A stretch of 34,547 bases of DNA from a virus. Lineage: Duplodnaviria > Caudoviricetes. Shown here one piece after another: positions 27,094 to 34,429 of the stretch. The translations under genes and the position numbers were made by a program. The DNA lies in the IMG/VR virus record IMGVR_UViG_3300037483_000621, positions 1 to 34,547 of that record; one strand, 5' to 3'. Positions within the stretch are counted from its first letter, which is position 1. Each line of letters begins with the position of its first letter. The notes under the pieces were generated by a model. It saw only the letters and a program-made list of their open reading frames with translations, did no database searches and had not been told where the DNA came from.

Positions 27094-28097
27094 GCGGGCT
27101 CCTGGACCGTGTGCTGCTCGTTGGGGTTGTCGATGTTCTCCCAGATACCAGGTGGCGGGTATGCGCGGTTCATGACGTGCGTGGGGTCAGGCGTGATGGG
27201 CTGGTAGCGCAGCCGCTTCCACAGTTCATCGATGACTTGGAACGTCTCGACGGGGACCTCGGTCACGTCGTCGGCGAGGACCTGGGACACGAGCACGCTC
27301 GTGTTGCTCAGGCGCGTGTTCAGGCGAGCGTGGTCGTACCCGATCGCGAACAGCGACTGCACCCGGCGGCGAGCGCCAACCACCGGCACCGAGCGGCGCG
27401 GTTGCACATCGGGTCGCGATCCTGAGGGGGGTCGGGGTACGACTGGACGCGGACGCGGCGCACTCGATGCCGGCGGCGTGACCATCTTGGCAGAGGTCAA
27501 TGCTTCGCGGCGTACCTCCGGGCGCAGCTCGTACTTCTTGACACGCTGGTAGACCGCACCCGACGTCATGTTGAGTTCCGTGGCGATCTCGGCTTGAGTC
27601 TTTCCCTCACCAAGCAGTGCGCGGATCTCGTCGTTCAGGGCTAGTGATTCGGGCGACGGTTCCCGACCACCACGGCGCTTGTTGCGCACGGGTGACACAG
27701 CGGCGGCCGTCACCTCGACCGGTGTGGGGGCGTAGGGGCCGTCGACGTCGTATGCCCGCGCCGGATCCTCGACCACGGGGTCCTTGACGTGCTCGATCGC
27801 CTGGCCTTCCGGTGCGGCCCTCCAGTCGGGCCACACACGTTGCTCGTTCACACACTGCTTGGCCTCGATCGCGTCGAGGATCTCCTGAGCGTGGAACCCC
27901 TGCCGCAGCGCACCGTCGAACCCCAAGATCAGGAGGTCAGCCCACTCCGACACGTCGTCCGGATGGGCCTCAATCTCCACGAGCTCCTTACGGATGTGGT
28001 CGAGAACACCCGCGAGGCGTTCACCAGGCCCGAACGTCTCGAGCGAGAAGCCACGCTGGCGGTACATGTGGGCGGCGTTGATGCTGAAGGCGTTCAT
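27090..28097 (-). CDS. DUF550 (MazG-like dATP/dGTP pyrophosphohydrolase) domain fused to HTH domain(s)
   Basis: FSLETFGPG...DHIRKELVEI...EWADLLILGFDGA...WPDWR...IEHVK; central GKTQAEIATELNMTSGAVY HTH; C-terminal GARRRVQSLFAIGY domain. Confidence 0.85.
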   Translation of the reverse strand: MNAFSINAAHMYRQRGFSLETFGPGERLAGVLDHIRKELVEIEAHPDDVSEWADLLILGFDGALRQGFHAQEILDAIEAKQCVNEQRVWPDWRAAPEGQAIEHVKDPVVEDPARAYDVDGPYAPTPVEVTAAAVSPVRNKRRGGREPSPESLALNDEIRALLGEGKTQAEIATELNMTSGAVYQRVKKYELRPEVRREALTSAKMVTPPASSAPRPRPVVPRPPSGSRPDVQPRRSVPVVGARRRVQSLFAIGYDHARLNTRLSNTSVLVSQVLADDVTEVPVETFQVIDELWKRLRYQPITPDPTHVMNRAYPPPGIWENIDNPNEQHTVQEPA

Positions 28098-28498
28098 GAG
28101 GTACTCCTGGTTGTCAAAATCGATCGAGAGCCGAGGACCTTCATCAGGTGGAAGCCCCGGACCGCGGCTTGGAACACGCGGTCACGTTCGGTGTGGGGGA
28201 AGGGTTTGCCGGCAGCGTGCAAGGCAGCGCGCTCCTGCGCCACGTACTGCTGTGCCCGGTCCTGCACCTCGTCGCGTTCGGCTTCGGTGGTGCCGGCAAC
28301 AAACCCGGGCATCCGAGTCACATACGCGAAGTCCCTGCAGGTCGCCAGGCTGCGGCACTGGCCACAGAACGTGCGTGCCTCATCCACGTCGGTGCCGCTC
28401 AGTTGTTGCGCTGGGACGATGAACGCCTTCGGCAAAGCGCCCGGCTTGCCCGACACGGGCGGCCGGCAACGTTGTGTGTCAGCGGTCAGACTCTTCAC
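28094..28498 (-). CDS. WhiB-like Fe-S transcription factor (divergent)
   Basis: C...C-x2-C-x5-C (CGQCRSLATC) plus GFVAGTTEAER turn motif; GGGAGG RBS, GTGA overlap. Confidence 0.8.
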   Translation of the reverse strand: MKSLTADTQRCRPPVSGKPGALPKAFIVPAQQLSGTDVDEARTFCGQCRSLATCRDFAYVTRMPGFVAGTTEAERDEVQDRAQQYVAQERAALHAAGKPFPHTERDRVFQAAVRGFHLMKVLGSRSILTTRSTS

Positions 28499-29172
28499 AC
28501 CAACACCTCCCACACGAAAAGGCCCGCCGCGAACACAACAGCGCCGGCGACGGTGCGCCACACCCACGCGGGCACCAGAGACCACGGAGACGGGTCCGGT
28601 GCGGGGGTGGGGGGCACAGCGTCGGAGGCGCCGTCGTGCTCGGGGTCGACTGCGTCGACGTCGACGAAGGGGAGAGGGACTATGTCGAACGTCGACGTGC
28701 CCGGACCGTGCACTGTGCCACCACTAGCGAGAGTCAGCCCATCGGCGGCAGCACGCGACAACATCACCGCTGCCGCCAACGCCGCGGACTCGCCTCGCAG
28801 GGCGAGGATCCGTGTCGAGTACTTCGGCGCCGTCGTGGAACGGATCGATCGCGACCACAGTGCGGTGACCTTGATCAGCGTGCCCTCGGTCTCGATCCGT
28901 GCGCGACGCTCACGTTCGAGCTCGAGCACGGCCGCGTCGTGCCGCGATAGGTACTGGGCGCCCACGTTGCGGGCATCCTCCACCTCGGCCAGCAAGAAGA
29001 CCGCGTCGTCGTTCGCGCGCTCGAGCGCCACGTCCAACGCCGTCGACCGGAGCCACAACGCGACGATCATCACGATGGCGGCGACTATCCCGATGCCCAC
29101 ATTCGACGTCACGAGGCACACGACACCCACAAGGCAGGCGACGCCATAGAGGAAGCGTGACCAGATCAGCAT
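28495..29172 (-). CDS. Membrane protein with coiled coil
   Basis: Two N-terminal and one C-terminal hydrophobic helices; GAGGGGG RBS. Confidence 0.7.
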   Translation of the reverse strand: MLIWSRFLYGVACLVGVVCLVTSNVGIGIVAAIVMIVALWLRSTALDVALERANDDAVFLLAEVEDARNVGAQYLSRHDAAVLELERERRARIETEGTLIKVTALWSRSIRSTTAPKYSTRILALRGESAALAAAVMLSRAAADGLTLASGGTVHGPGTSTFDIVPLPFVDVDAVDPEHDGASDAVPPTPAPDPSPWSLVPAWVWRTVAGAVVFAAGLFVWEVLV

Positions 29173-29366
29173 GAGACGTGCCCCCTCGGTGGTTGGCGGG
29201 ACACGTGACCGGCCGCGGCCGCCAGAACGTAGGCCACAAGCGCCAGGAGCACCGCTCCCGGCCTCCCACCCGGTGTCGGGGCAGTCATGGCGAACGCGAG
29301 CGCCACGGTCGCTACGAGGCCCAGGAGGGCGCACCAGCGGCGGGCCGCGTAGGGGGTGCCGGTCAT
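29166..29366 (-). CDS. Small two-TM membrane protein
   Basis: Two hydrophobic stretches; overlap-coupled. Confidence 0.6.
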   Translation of the reverse strand: MTGTPYAARRWCALLGLVATVALAFAMTAPTPGGRPGAVLLALVAYVLAAAAGHVSRQPPRGHVSC

Positions 29367-29473
29367 GAGCCGAGGCCCTTGATCCACGCGAGCACGAGCA
29401 GCACGCCCACCAGGGGCACCACCACTGCGGCGTTGCCGTTGCGCACCGACTTAGGTGTTGTCCACTTGACCAT
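29363..29473 (-). CDS. 36-aa membrane peptide
   Basis: MVKWTTPKSVRNGNAAVVVPLVGVLLVLAWIKGLGS; TGATG and ATGA overlaps fill the gap exactly. Confidence 0.6.
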   Translation of the reverse strand: MVKWTTPKSVRNGNAAVVVPLVGVLLVLAWIKGLGS

Positions 29474-30996
29474 CACACGCCACCCACGTTGGGGTCGCCG
29501 TCGTCGACGACAGGGGCTTCCGTCTCAGCAGCCAAAGCTTGCGCCTCGAGGGCCGCCTTCGCGGCGTCGATCAGGGCCTGCTCGGACTCGTGGAGTTCGT
29601 GGCCATGCTCAGCACACGTCGTGAGGTACGCCACCACGATCTGCAGATCGAAATCCAGATCATCTGCCTCTAGGCGGGACGGGTGCTCTGGGAGCACTGC
29701 GTCCAAAGAGAGCAGCATCGTCAGAGTGAGCAACGCCAATGGATTTGTGGGCAAGGCCAGATCGTCCGCGATCGACCCGATGGTGACGCCCGGAGTCATC
29801 CCGTAGTAGAAGCAGGCGTTGGGGTCGGCCGACAACGCCGCCACCGCGACCTGTGCGGCGCAGTCCGCGAGCGCGGCGTAGGCGGGGGCAGCGTCCTTGC
29901 CCTGGCGGGTGAGGGTCTGAACGAGCCATGTGCGACGGGCGCCGGCCACCGCGGCGCGAGCTTCACGCTCGGCTTCCCGGCGTTCGCGCTCTTCGCGCCA
30001 CTGCTTCTGCTGGTCCGTTTCGCCCGTCTCTGTGCCCGCTGCGGCAGGGGCCGGGAGCGCCGCATACTCGTCGGGGTGGTGCTTCTCAATGTCGGCACAC
30101 AGGTGGGTACCCCACCGGAGGGCGTTCTCGTACCAGTCCTTCGATGATCCGGTGATGTGGACCTCCGCACCGGGGCAGTGTGCGTGCTCGGTGTATGAGA
30201 TTCCCAGACGGCTGATGCTGCGCGGGTCACCGTAGGGGATCATCTTGTGGGCGACGATGAGTTTGTAGCCCGCGGCTTCGAGGTCCGTCCGCGCTTTCAC
30301 AAGAGCCTGACGTTCCGTCACGACCCGCTTCGCCTCACCCATCACGACGTCGACCATGACGTGTGGGTTCGAGAGCTTCTCGAGTTGGTCCTCCCACACG
30401 TCCGGGTAGGCGTTCTTCCACTCCGCGAACGCCAACGCGTCGTCGATCGTCAACTGGTGATGGTCGACGTGGCGGCGCACCGGTTCCGGCAGGCCCGCAA
30501 TACGGAGGCGAGTGTCGACGGTGTTCTTCGCCCGCCCGGTGCGACGAGAGATCATGGCCTTCGGCACACCAAGGTCAAGCAACCCTTGATACCCGGCGCC
30601 CTCCTCGGAGATCGTGAGGTCCTGGCGTTGCAGGTTCTCGACCAACATCATCTCGAGCTGCTCGGTCTCACTCATCTCGTCGACGATCGCGGGCACCGTG
30701 GTGCGGCCCGCCGTGACTGCTGCAGCGATACGGCGATGCCCCATGACCGTGAGGTAACGGCCCTCCGTGTCCGGGTGAAGCACCACGGTCGCGGGTTGCC
30801 GGACACCGTGAGCACGGATCGACTCCGCCAACTCCCCCAAGTCACCCAGGTCCCTGCGAGGGTTCTTCGGGTGCGGGTCAATCCTGTCGATCGGGATCTC
30901 GTGCACCAACGTCGTGCCGGCAGCGAGAGAGTCGATGACCTTCGATGACGCCGCGGTCGTGTCAACGGCTTTGACGGGTGTGCGCTTGGTGGCCAT
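29473..30996 (-). CDS. ParB/RepB/Spo0J-family protein
   Basis: IDPHPKNPR, GVRQP, GHRR, LVENLQRQDL followed by an HTH; AGAAGGGG RBS before ATG 30996. Confidence 0.92.
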   Translation of the reverse strand: MATKRTPVKAVDTTAASSKVIDSLAAGTTLVHEIPIDRIDPHPKNPRRDLGDLGELAESIRAHGVRQPATVVLHPDTEGRYLTVMGHRRIAAAVTAGRTTVPAIVDEMSETEQLEMMLVENLQRQDLTISEEGAGYQGLLDLGVPKAMISRRTGRAKNTVDTRLRIAGLPEPVRRHVDHHQLTIDDALAFAEWKNAYPDVWEDQLEKLSNPHVMVDVVMGEAKRVVTERQALVKARTDLEAAGYKLIVAHKMIPYGDPRSISRLGISYTEHAHCPGAEVHITGSSKDWYENALRWGTHLCADIEKHHPDEYAALPAPAAAGTETGETDQQKQWREERERREAEREARAAVAGARRTWLVQTLTRQGKDAAPAYAALADCAAQVAVAALSADPNACFYYGMTPGVTIGSIADDLALPTNPLALLTLTMLLSLDAVLPEHPSRLEADDLDFDLQIVVAYLTTCAEHGHELHESEQALIDAAKAALEAQALAAETEAPVVDDGDPNVGGV

Positions 30997-31028
30997 GGGC
31001 AGGCCCCTTCTTCTGGTGGGTGTGCGGG

Positions 31029-31310
31029 TCAATAGGCGCGGACGCGATCGCGTCCACGCCGCGGGCGGGCATGCGGGCGAGGGCACACCGACAAGTGGTT
31101 GATCGCCACGTACTCCTCGTGGAAGTTGAAGGGCTCCTTCACCGTGATCGGACGAGCGAAGTAGCCACCATCGGGGTTGTCCCAGAGCGCCCACGACGCA
31201 CGCGGATCCTTCGGGTTCGTCTCCGACGGCGGATTGATCGGGACCCGCCTCCCCGACACCGGGTTCAACGCGAACTCGATCGACTCACCACAGCCCTTGC
31301 ACTTAGCCAT
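31029..31310 (-). CDS. Zn-ribbon hypothetical protein
   Basis: CKGCG...HLSVCP; GAGGAGG RBS. Confidence 0.75.
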   Translation of the reverse strand: MAKCKGCGESIEFALNPVSGRRVPINPPSETNPKDPRASWALWDNPDGGYFARPITVKEPFNFHEEYVAINHLSVCPRPHARPRRGRDRVRAY

Positions 31311-31618
31311 CACTGCACCTCCTCGAGGAGACGATCCGCACACCGACGCAGAGACTCCGCCTCGGCCTGCAGACCAGCCCACGTCGCGTCGTCCAACACC
31401 TCGTCCATGCCGCGGCGCAACAACACACGCGCCTCCGCACGCCACAAACCAGCCAGACGACGCATCTGGTAGCGGTGCCAGGCAGGTGTGGACCGGTCAG
31501 GTGCCGCGACCGCGAGATGCACGACCAAGCCGTGGACTCGCAGCAGGTTCACCTGCCACGGATCGAGACGCACACCCACCAACTCGAGTGCGGGCAAGAG
31601 CTCCTGTGCGGTGACCAT
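31310..31618 (-). CDS. Hypothetical protein
   Basis: TGATG-coupled on both sides. Confidence 0.7.
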   Translation of the reverse strand: MVTAQELLPALELVGVRLDPWQVNLLRVHGLVVHLAVAAPDRSTPAWHRYQMRRLAGLWRAEARVLLRRGMDEVLDDATWAGLQAEAESLRRCADRLLEEVQ

Positions 31619-31977
31619 CAGACGACCCCCACCTGGTTCATGGAATCCAAGACCGCCTCGACCTCACGCGACGCACGCTCAAGCGGCGCCAACCACGCCT
31701 GAGCCAAATACCGACGCGGATCCTCCGGCCGGATCGCCGCGAGCGCGGCCATGCCGTCGTTCACTGCACGCTCAGCGTCCTTGAAGCGTTCGAGAGCAGC
31801 CTCGAGGCGACGCAGGGCGACGTCCGTCGCGATCCATGCCGGCACGTCCGTGGCGGGTGTGGGTTCGGCGAGCTGCACACCACCGCACACGGTCAAGGGG
31901 GTTGCACCGCCGGCAAGCGAGGGGGGGTTGACTGCCGGCGGCACAAGCTCTAGGTAGGTGGGACGGTCCATGCTCAT
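31618..31977 (-). CDS. Hypothetical protein
   Basis: ATG 31977 overlaps the upstream stop; helical C-terminus. Confidence 0.65.
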   Translation of the reverse strand: MSMDRPTYLELVPPAVNPPSLAGGATPLTVCGGVQLAEPTPATDVPAWIATDVALRRLEAALERFKDAERAVNDGMAALAAIRPEDPRRYLAQAWLAPLERASREVEAVLDSMNQVGVV

Positions 31978-32105
31978 CGCTGGGCCTCGATCAACGCGAT
32001 CGCCGCGCCCGCGAGCAGCCCCGCACCCAACGCGAGGACCGAGACCACAGCAACAGCAACCCACCCAAAGGTGCGCCCCACGCGACGACCAGTGCTGTGC
32101 CTCAT
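31974..32105 (-). CDS. 43-aa single-TM protein
   Basis: MRHSTGRRVGRTFGWVAVAVVSVLALGAGLLAGAAIALIEAQR; GGAGG RBS. Confidence 0.7.
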   Translation of the reverse strand: MRHSTGRRVGRTFGWVAVAVVSVLALGAGLLAGAAIALIEAQR

Positions 32106-32455
32106 CACGATGCCTCCAGGTAGGTTGGTGCCGTGGTCGATGAATACTGGGCACCGATCGGCGCCCTTGCGAGCGTCGCGGCCCTCGCGCTACTCGTGGG
32201 GCAGGAGATTCGCACGCGAAGATCACGCCACAATCCGAAGCTTGAGGCGCAGCCCCTGCCCCTGGCACTGGCTCGGCGCGCACGACTGCGCAATGTCGGC
32301 CACGTGGCCGCGACGTCTGTGTTGGTGCTGCCACAAGGCTGCAAGCGGATCGGGAGCAACGCCCCCGGGTGGCGGTTCCCTCGAGTCGAGCCCGGCACTG
32401 CAGTCGACCTCGAGGACATCAGCGGCGATGACGAAGACAGTTGGTTCGCGCTCAT
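32105..32455 (-). CDS. Antisense bridging ORF (116 aa)
   Basis: ATGA overlap upstream and TGATG overlap downstream; low-complexity product; lies opposite 32133..32756. Confidence 0.4.
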   Translation of the reverse strand: MSANQLSSSSPLMSSRSTAVPGSTRGNRHPGALLPIRLQPCGSTNTDVAATWPTLRSRARRASARGRGCASSFGLWRDLRVRISCPTSSARAATLARAPIGAQYSSTTAPTYLEAS

Positions 32456-32756
32456 CTACGATCACCCACATCGACGTGGGTATTCGATTCACACGTGGGT
32501 TCCGCTGTATGTGGACGGGAAGTTGGCGCGGGTGCAGTTCGACCAAGCTGCTCAGCATCCATTGAGGATCTGGTGGCGAGGTCGAAGATGGACCGCAACT
32601 CCCGGACCTTCTGGAGTGCTCTCCACGACCAGGCGGTCCACACCACGAGCACTGCTACGGACAATGGGGCGAATCGATCAGCGCCAGGCACGAGCCACCA
32701 GGCGAGGCCACAAATGGCGGGCACGAGCGCGGCAGCGAAGTGCCACCGACGACTGA
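32133..32756 (+). CDS. Counter-oriented accessory protein with N-terminal TM helix
   Basis: TM helix, then a beta-rich domain (LRNVGHVAATSV); TAGGTT -10 six nt before GTG. Confidence 0.7.
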   Translation: MVDEYWAPIGALASVAALALLVGQEIRTRRSRHNPKLEAQPLPLALARRARLRNVGHVAATSVLVLPQGCKRIGSNAPGWRFPRVEPGTAVDLEDISGDDEDSWFALIYDHPHRRGYSIHTWVPLYVDGKLARVQFDQAAQHPLRIWWRGRRWTATPGPSGVLSTTRRSTPRALLRTMGRIDQRQARATRRGHKWRARARQRSATDD

Positions 32757-32874
32757 GGAAAAGTCCCGCTGATCCGGGCGTGTGGAACGCTCGCTCGGCA
32801 ACCTGTTCGATCTGTTGACGGACCACCCATCGCACCTGGTCCGTAGAAATCCCCACGACAACGCGGTTCACCAT
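32452..32874 (-). CDS. Two-TM membrane protein overlapping the plus-strand gene by 305 nt
   Basis: TGATG-coupled start; hydrophobic helices WHFAAALVPAICGLAWWLV and LSVAVLVVWTAWSW. Confidence 0.55.
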   Translation of the reverse strand: MVNRVVVGISTDQVRWVVRQQIEQVAERAFHTPGSAGLFLSRRWHFAAALVPAICGLAWWLVPGADRFAPLSVAVLVVWTAWSWRALQKVRELRSIFDLATRSSMDAEQLGRTAPAPTSRPHTAEPTCESNTHVDVGDRR

Positions 32875-33302
32875 CACGCCACCAGCCCTAGCGAGACACA
32901 ACCCGTGTCGGTAGCGTGGGTGCAATTCGATGGGGAGGAAATGCCGTGGCTAACGATTCTGTGCTTCCGAGCACTTGGTGCCGTCATCCTGAGGGTGAGA
33001 CCGCGCGTTATTGGTTGGAGATCGTCGGGGACGGCGGCGACGCCGACTTGTGCGATGGGTGTGTGGCCGAGTTGCGGTTGGCGGTGCAGCTTGCGCGGTC
33101 GCGCGGTGTGCCCTTCGCATTCGATTGGGGCTTCCCGGAGGATCAGCCCATGGTTGTGATCGTGGGCGACGATGCGACGGGGCCCGACGTCGTGGAGTAC
33201 TCGCTCACTGACGACACCGAGGTGACGCTCACTGTCGAGGAGGGTGACAGGCAAGACGATGTGATCGTTCTGAACGGCAAGGCTGCAGGCTAGACGCATC
33301 AC
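32874..33302 (-). CDS. Antisense bridging ORF (142 aa)
   Basis: GAGGAGG RBS with start overlapping the cro stop; stop overlaps the next ATG; spans all of 32946..33293. Confidence 0.4.
   Translation of the reverse strand: MMRLACSLAVQNDHIVLPVTLLDSERHLGVVSERVLHDVGPRRIVAHDHNHGLILREAPIECEGHTARPRKLHRQPQLGHTPIAQVGVAAVPDDLQPITRGLTLRMTAPSARKHRIVSHGISSPSNCTHATDTGCVSLGLVA
32946..33293 (+). CDS. Counter-oriented acidic accessory protein (115 aa, CxxC)
   Basis: GGGGAGG RBS before GTG 32946; TAGCGT -10 at 32912; very D/E-rich. Confidence 0.7.
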   Translation: MANDSVLPSTWCRHPEGETARYWLEIVGDGGDADLCDGCVAELRLAVQLARSRGVPFAFDWGFPEDQPMVVIVGDDATGPDVVEYSLTDDTEVTLTVEEGDRQDDVIVLNGKAAG

Positions 33303-33535
33303 GCCACCTCCTCGAGGTGACGTCGGGCGGCAGCAGTGCGGGCCTCCTGCTCAAGAAGCCTCTGCGCTGCGAGCGCGCGGATCTCAGACTCGAGGAACAG
33401 TCGAGCTCCAGTGGGGCCGGGCACTTTCACGTCGACGCGGAGGATGCCGCTGTCCGCCCACCTGATGGCTGTGCGTTGACTCACCCCGAGGATCGCCGCG
33501 GCGTCTCTGGTCGTTACTTGTCGAGTTGTTGACAT
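33299..33535 (-). CDS. Cro-like / excisionase-family HTH (HTH_17-like)
   Basis: VTTRDAAAILGVSQRTAIRWADSG...GARLF; divergent from the repressor; first early gene. Confidence 0.88.
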   Translation of the reverse strand: MSTTRQVTTRDAAAILGVSQRTAIRWADSGILRVDVKVPGPTGARLFLESEIRALAAQRLLEQEARTAAARRHLEEVA

Positions 33536-33542
33536 GTGACTA

Positions 33543-33571
33543 ACTATCGCCCGGTGCCTACGACGTGTCAA
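33543..33571 (-). promoter_or_regulatory. Early lytic promoter (leaderless)
   Basis: TTGACA-17 nt-GATAGT, 7 nt before the cro ATG. Confidence 0.8.
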
Positions 33572-33611
33572 GCGCAACACGACATTTGGGCGTGTCGCAG
33601 ACATTGCGCAC

Positions 33612-33640
33612 TTGCGCTATTGCGCGCGAGTGTCTAGTGT
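33612..33640 (+). promoter_or_regulatory. Repressor promoter
   Basis: TTGCGC-17 nt-TAGTGT, 7 nt before ATG 33648. Confidence 0.65.
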
Positions 33641-33670
33641 TGGTCACATGACAAAGGAAGGGGTACTGCG

Positions 33671-33967
33671 ATGATTCCCGAATTCACGATCGGTGATCGA
33701 CTGCGCAAGGCCCGCGAACTTGCGGACATGGAGCAGATTCCGTTTGCGACCAAGATCGGCGTCTCGCGCGCGAGCATCACGAACTGGGAGAACGGCCACA
33801 CCGTGCCCAAGCGGATGGTCCTCAACGCGTGGGCTCTCGCTACCGGCGTGCCGGTCGAGTGGCTTGAAACGGGAGCTGTTCCGCGGAACATGCACCCCGA
33901 TGGGCGCATGCCGCGTGCTGTTGGAGATACTGCGCGCCCGGAGGGATTCGAACCCCCAACCTTCTGA
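33671..33967 (+). CDS. Immunity repressor (XRE HTH), prophage-truncated 98-aa form
   Basis: IGDRLRKARE...FATKIGVSRASITNWENG...VPVEWLETG; reads through the att core; stop completed by the first host base. Confidence 0.93.
   Translation: MIPEFTIGDRLRKARELADMEQIPFATKIGVSRASITNWENGHTVPKRMVLNAWALATGVPVEWLETGAVPRNMHPDGRMPRAVGDTARPEGFEPPTF
33932..33966. repeat. att core, right junction (intact tRNA side)
   Basis: Identical to 1171..1205. Confidence 0.97.
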
Positions 33968-34005
33968 TCCGTAGTCAGATGCTCTATCCGTTGAGCTACG
34001 GGCGC
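33933..34005 (-). tRNA. tRNA-Arg(ACG)
   Basis: Cloverleaf GCGCCCG...TCTGA-CTACGGA-TCAGA...GGTTCGAATCC...CGGGCGCG; CCA not encoded. Confidence 0.97.
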
Positions 34006-34064
34006 ATGGTCCATACAGGACCGAGAAATGAGTATAGCGGTTTGGCGCGTGGGGCCGAACTCTG

Positions 34065-34158
34065 TGGCGGAGACGGTGGGATTTGAACCCACGGAGGGCT
34101 TTAACACCCTCACGGTCTTAGCAGGACCGCGCACTAGGCCGGACTATGCGACGTCTCC
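34065..34158 (-). tRNA. tRNA-Ser(GCT)
   Basis: GGAGACG acceptor, CT-GCT-AA loop, long variable arm, GGTTCAAATCC, GCCA end. Confidence 0.96.
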
Positions 34159-34216
34159 TAGTACTTGTTGTACGGCCACCTAGGATACCGGGCCGCCAGC
34201 CCGTAAGAAACCGCGG

Positions 34217-34248
34217 AAACGACGGGAGGGCGATCGCCGCTCCCGTCG
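34217..34248 (-). terminator. Terminator after the Cys-rich peptide gene
   Basis: CGACGGGAG...CTCCCGTCG stem followed by TTT on the minus strand. Confidence 0.65.
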
Positions 34249-34258
34249 CCTCATGCCG

Positions 34259-34342
34259 CTAGCAGCAGCCGCCACCGCAGCAACCACCGTCGCCGCCGCA
34301 GCAGCCGCCGTCGCAACATCCGTTGATGTCATTGAGTACCAT
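34259..34342 (-). CDS. 27-aa Cys/Gly-rich metallothionein-like peptide (host)
   Basis: MVLNDINGCCDGGCCGGDGGCCGGGCC*; strong AAGGGAGG RBS; own terminator; divergent from ArsR. Confidence 0.75.
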   Translation of the reverse strand: MVLNDINGCCDGGCCGGDGGCCGGGCC

Positions 34343-34356
34343 CGTCTCCACCTCCC

Positions 34357-34409
34357 TTCGACATTCGTCTAATAGCGAGAATCTTCCCTATTATTAGATG
34401 AATGTCAAA
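34357..34409. promoter_or_regulatory. Pair of inverted ArsR-type operator boxes
   Basis: TTCGACATTCGTCTAATA (34357..34374) and TATTAGATGAATGTCAAA (34392..34409) are reverse complements at 16/18. Confidence 0.75.
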
Positions 34410-34429
34410 TCTCGTGAGAGAATGGCCGC

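Larger units (their letters stand above)
1171..33966. mobile_element. Complete temperate siphovirus prophage (unit length 32,761 bp) in tRNA-Arg(ACG)
   Basis: Flanked by identical 35-bp direct repeats; contains integrase, lysis, tail, head, packaging, early and immunity modules in canonical order with no obvious disrupted gene. Confidence 0.97.

Noticed and set aside
33634-34134. 166-aa minus-strand ORF
   Set aside because: Runs through two tRNA genes and antisense to the repressor.
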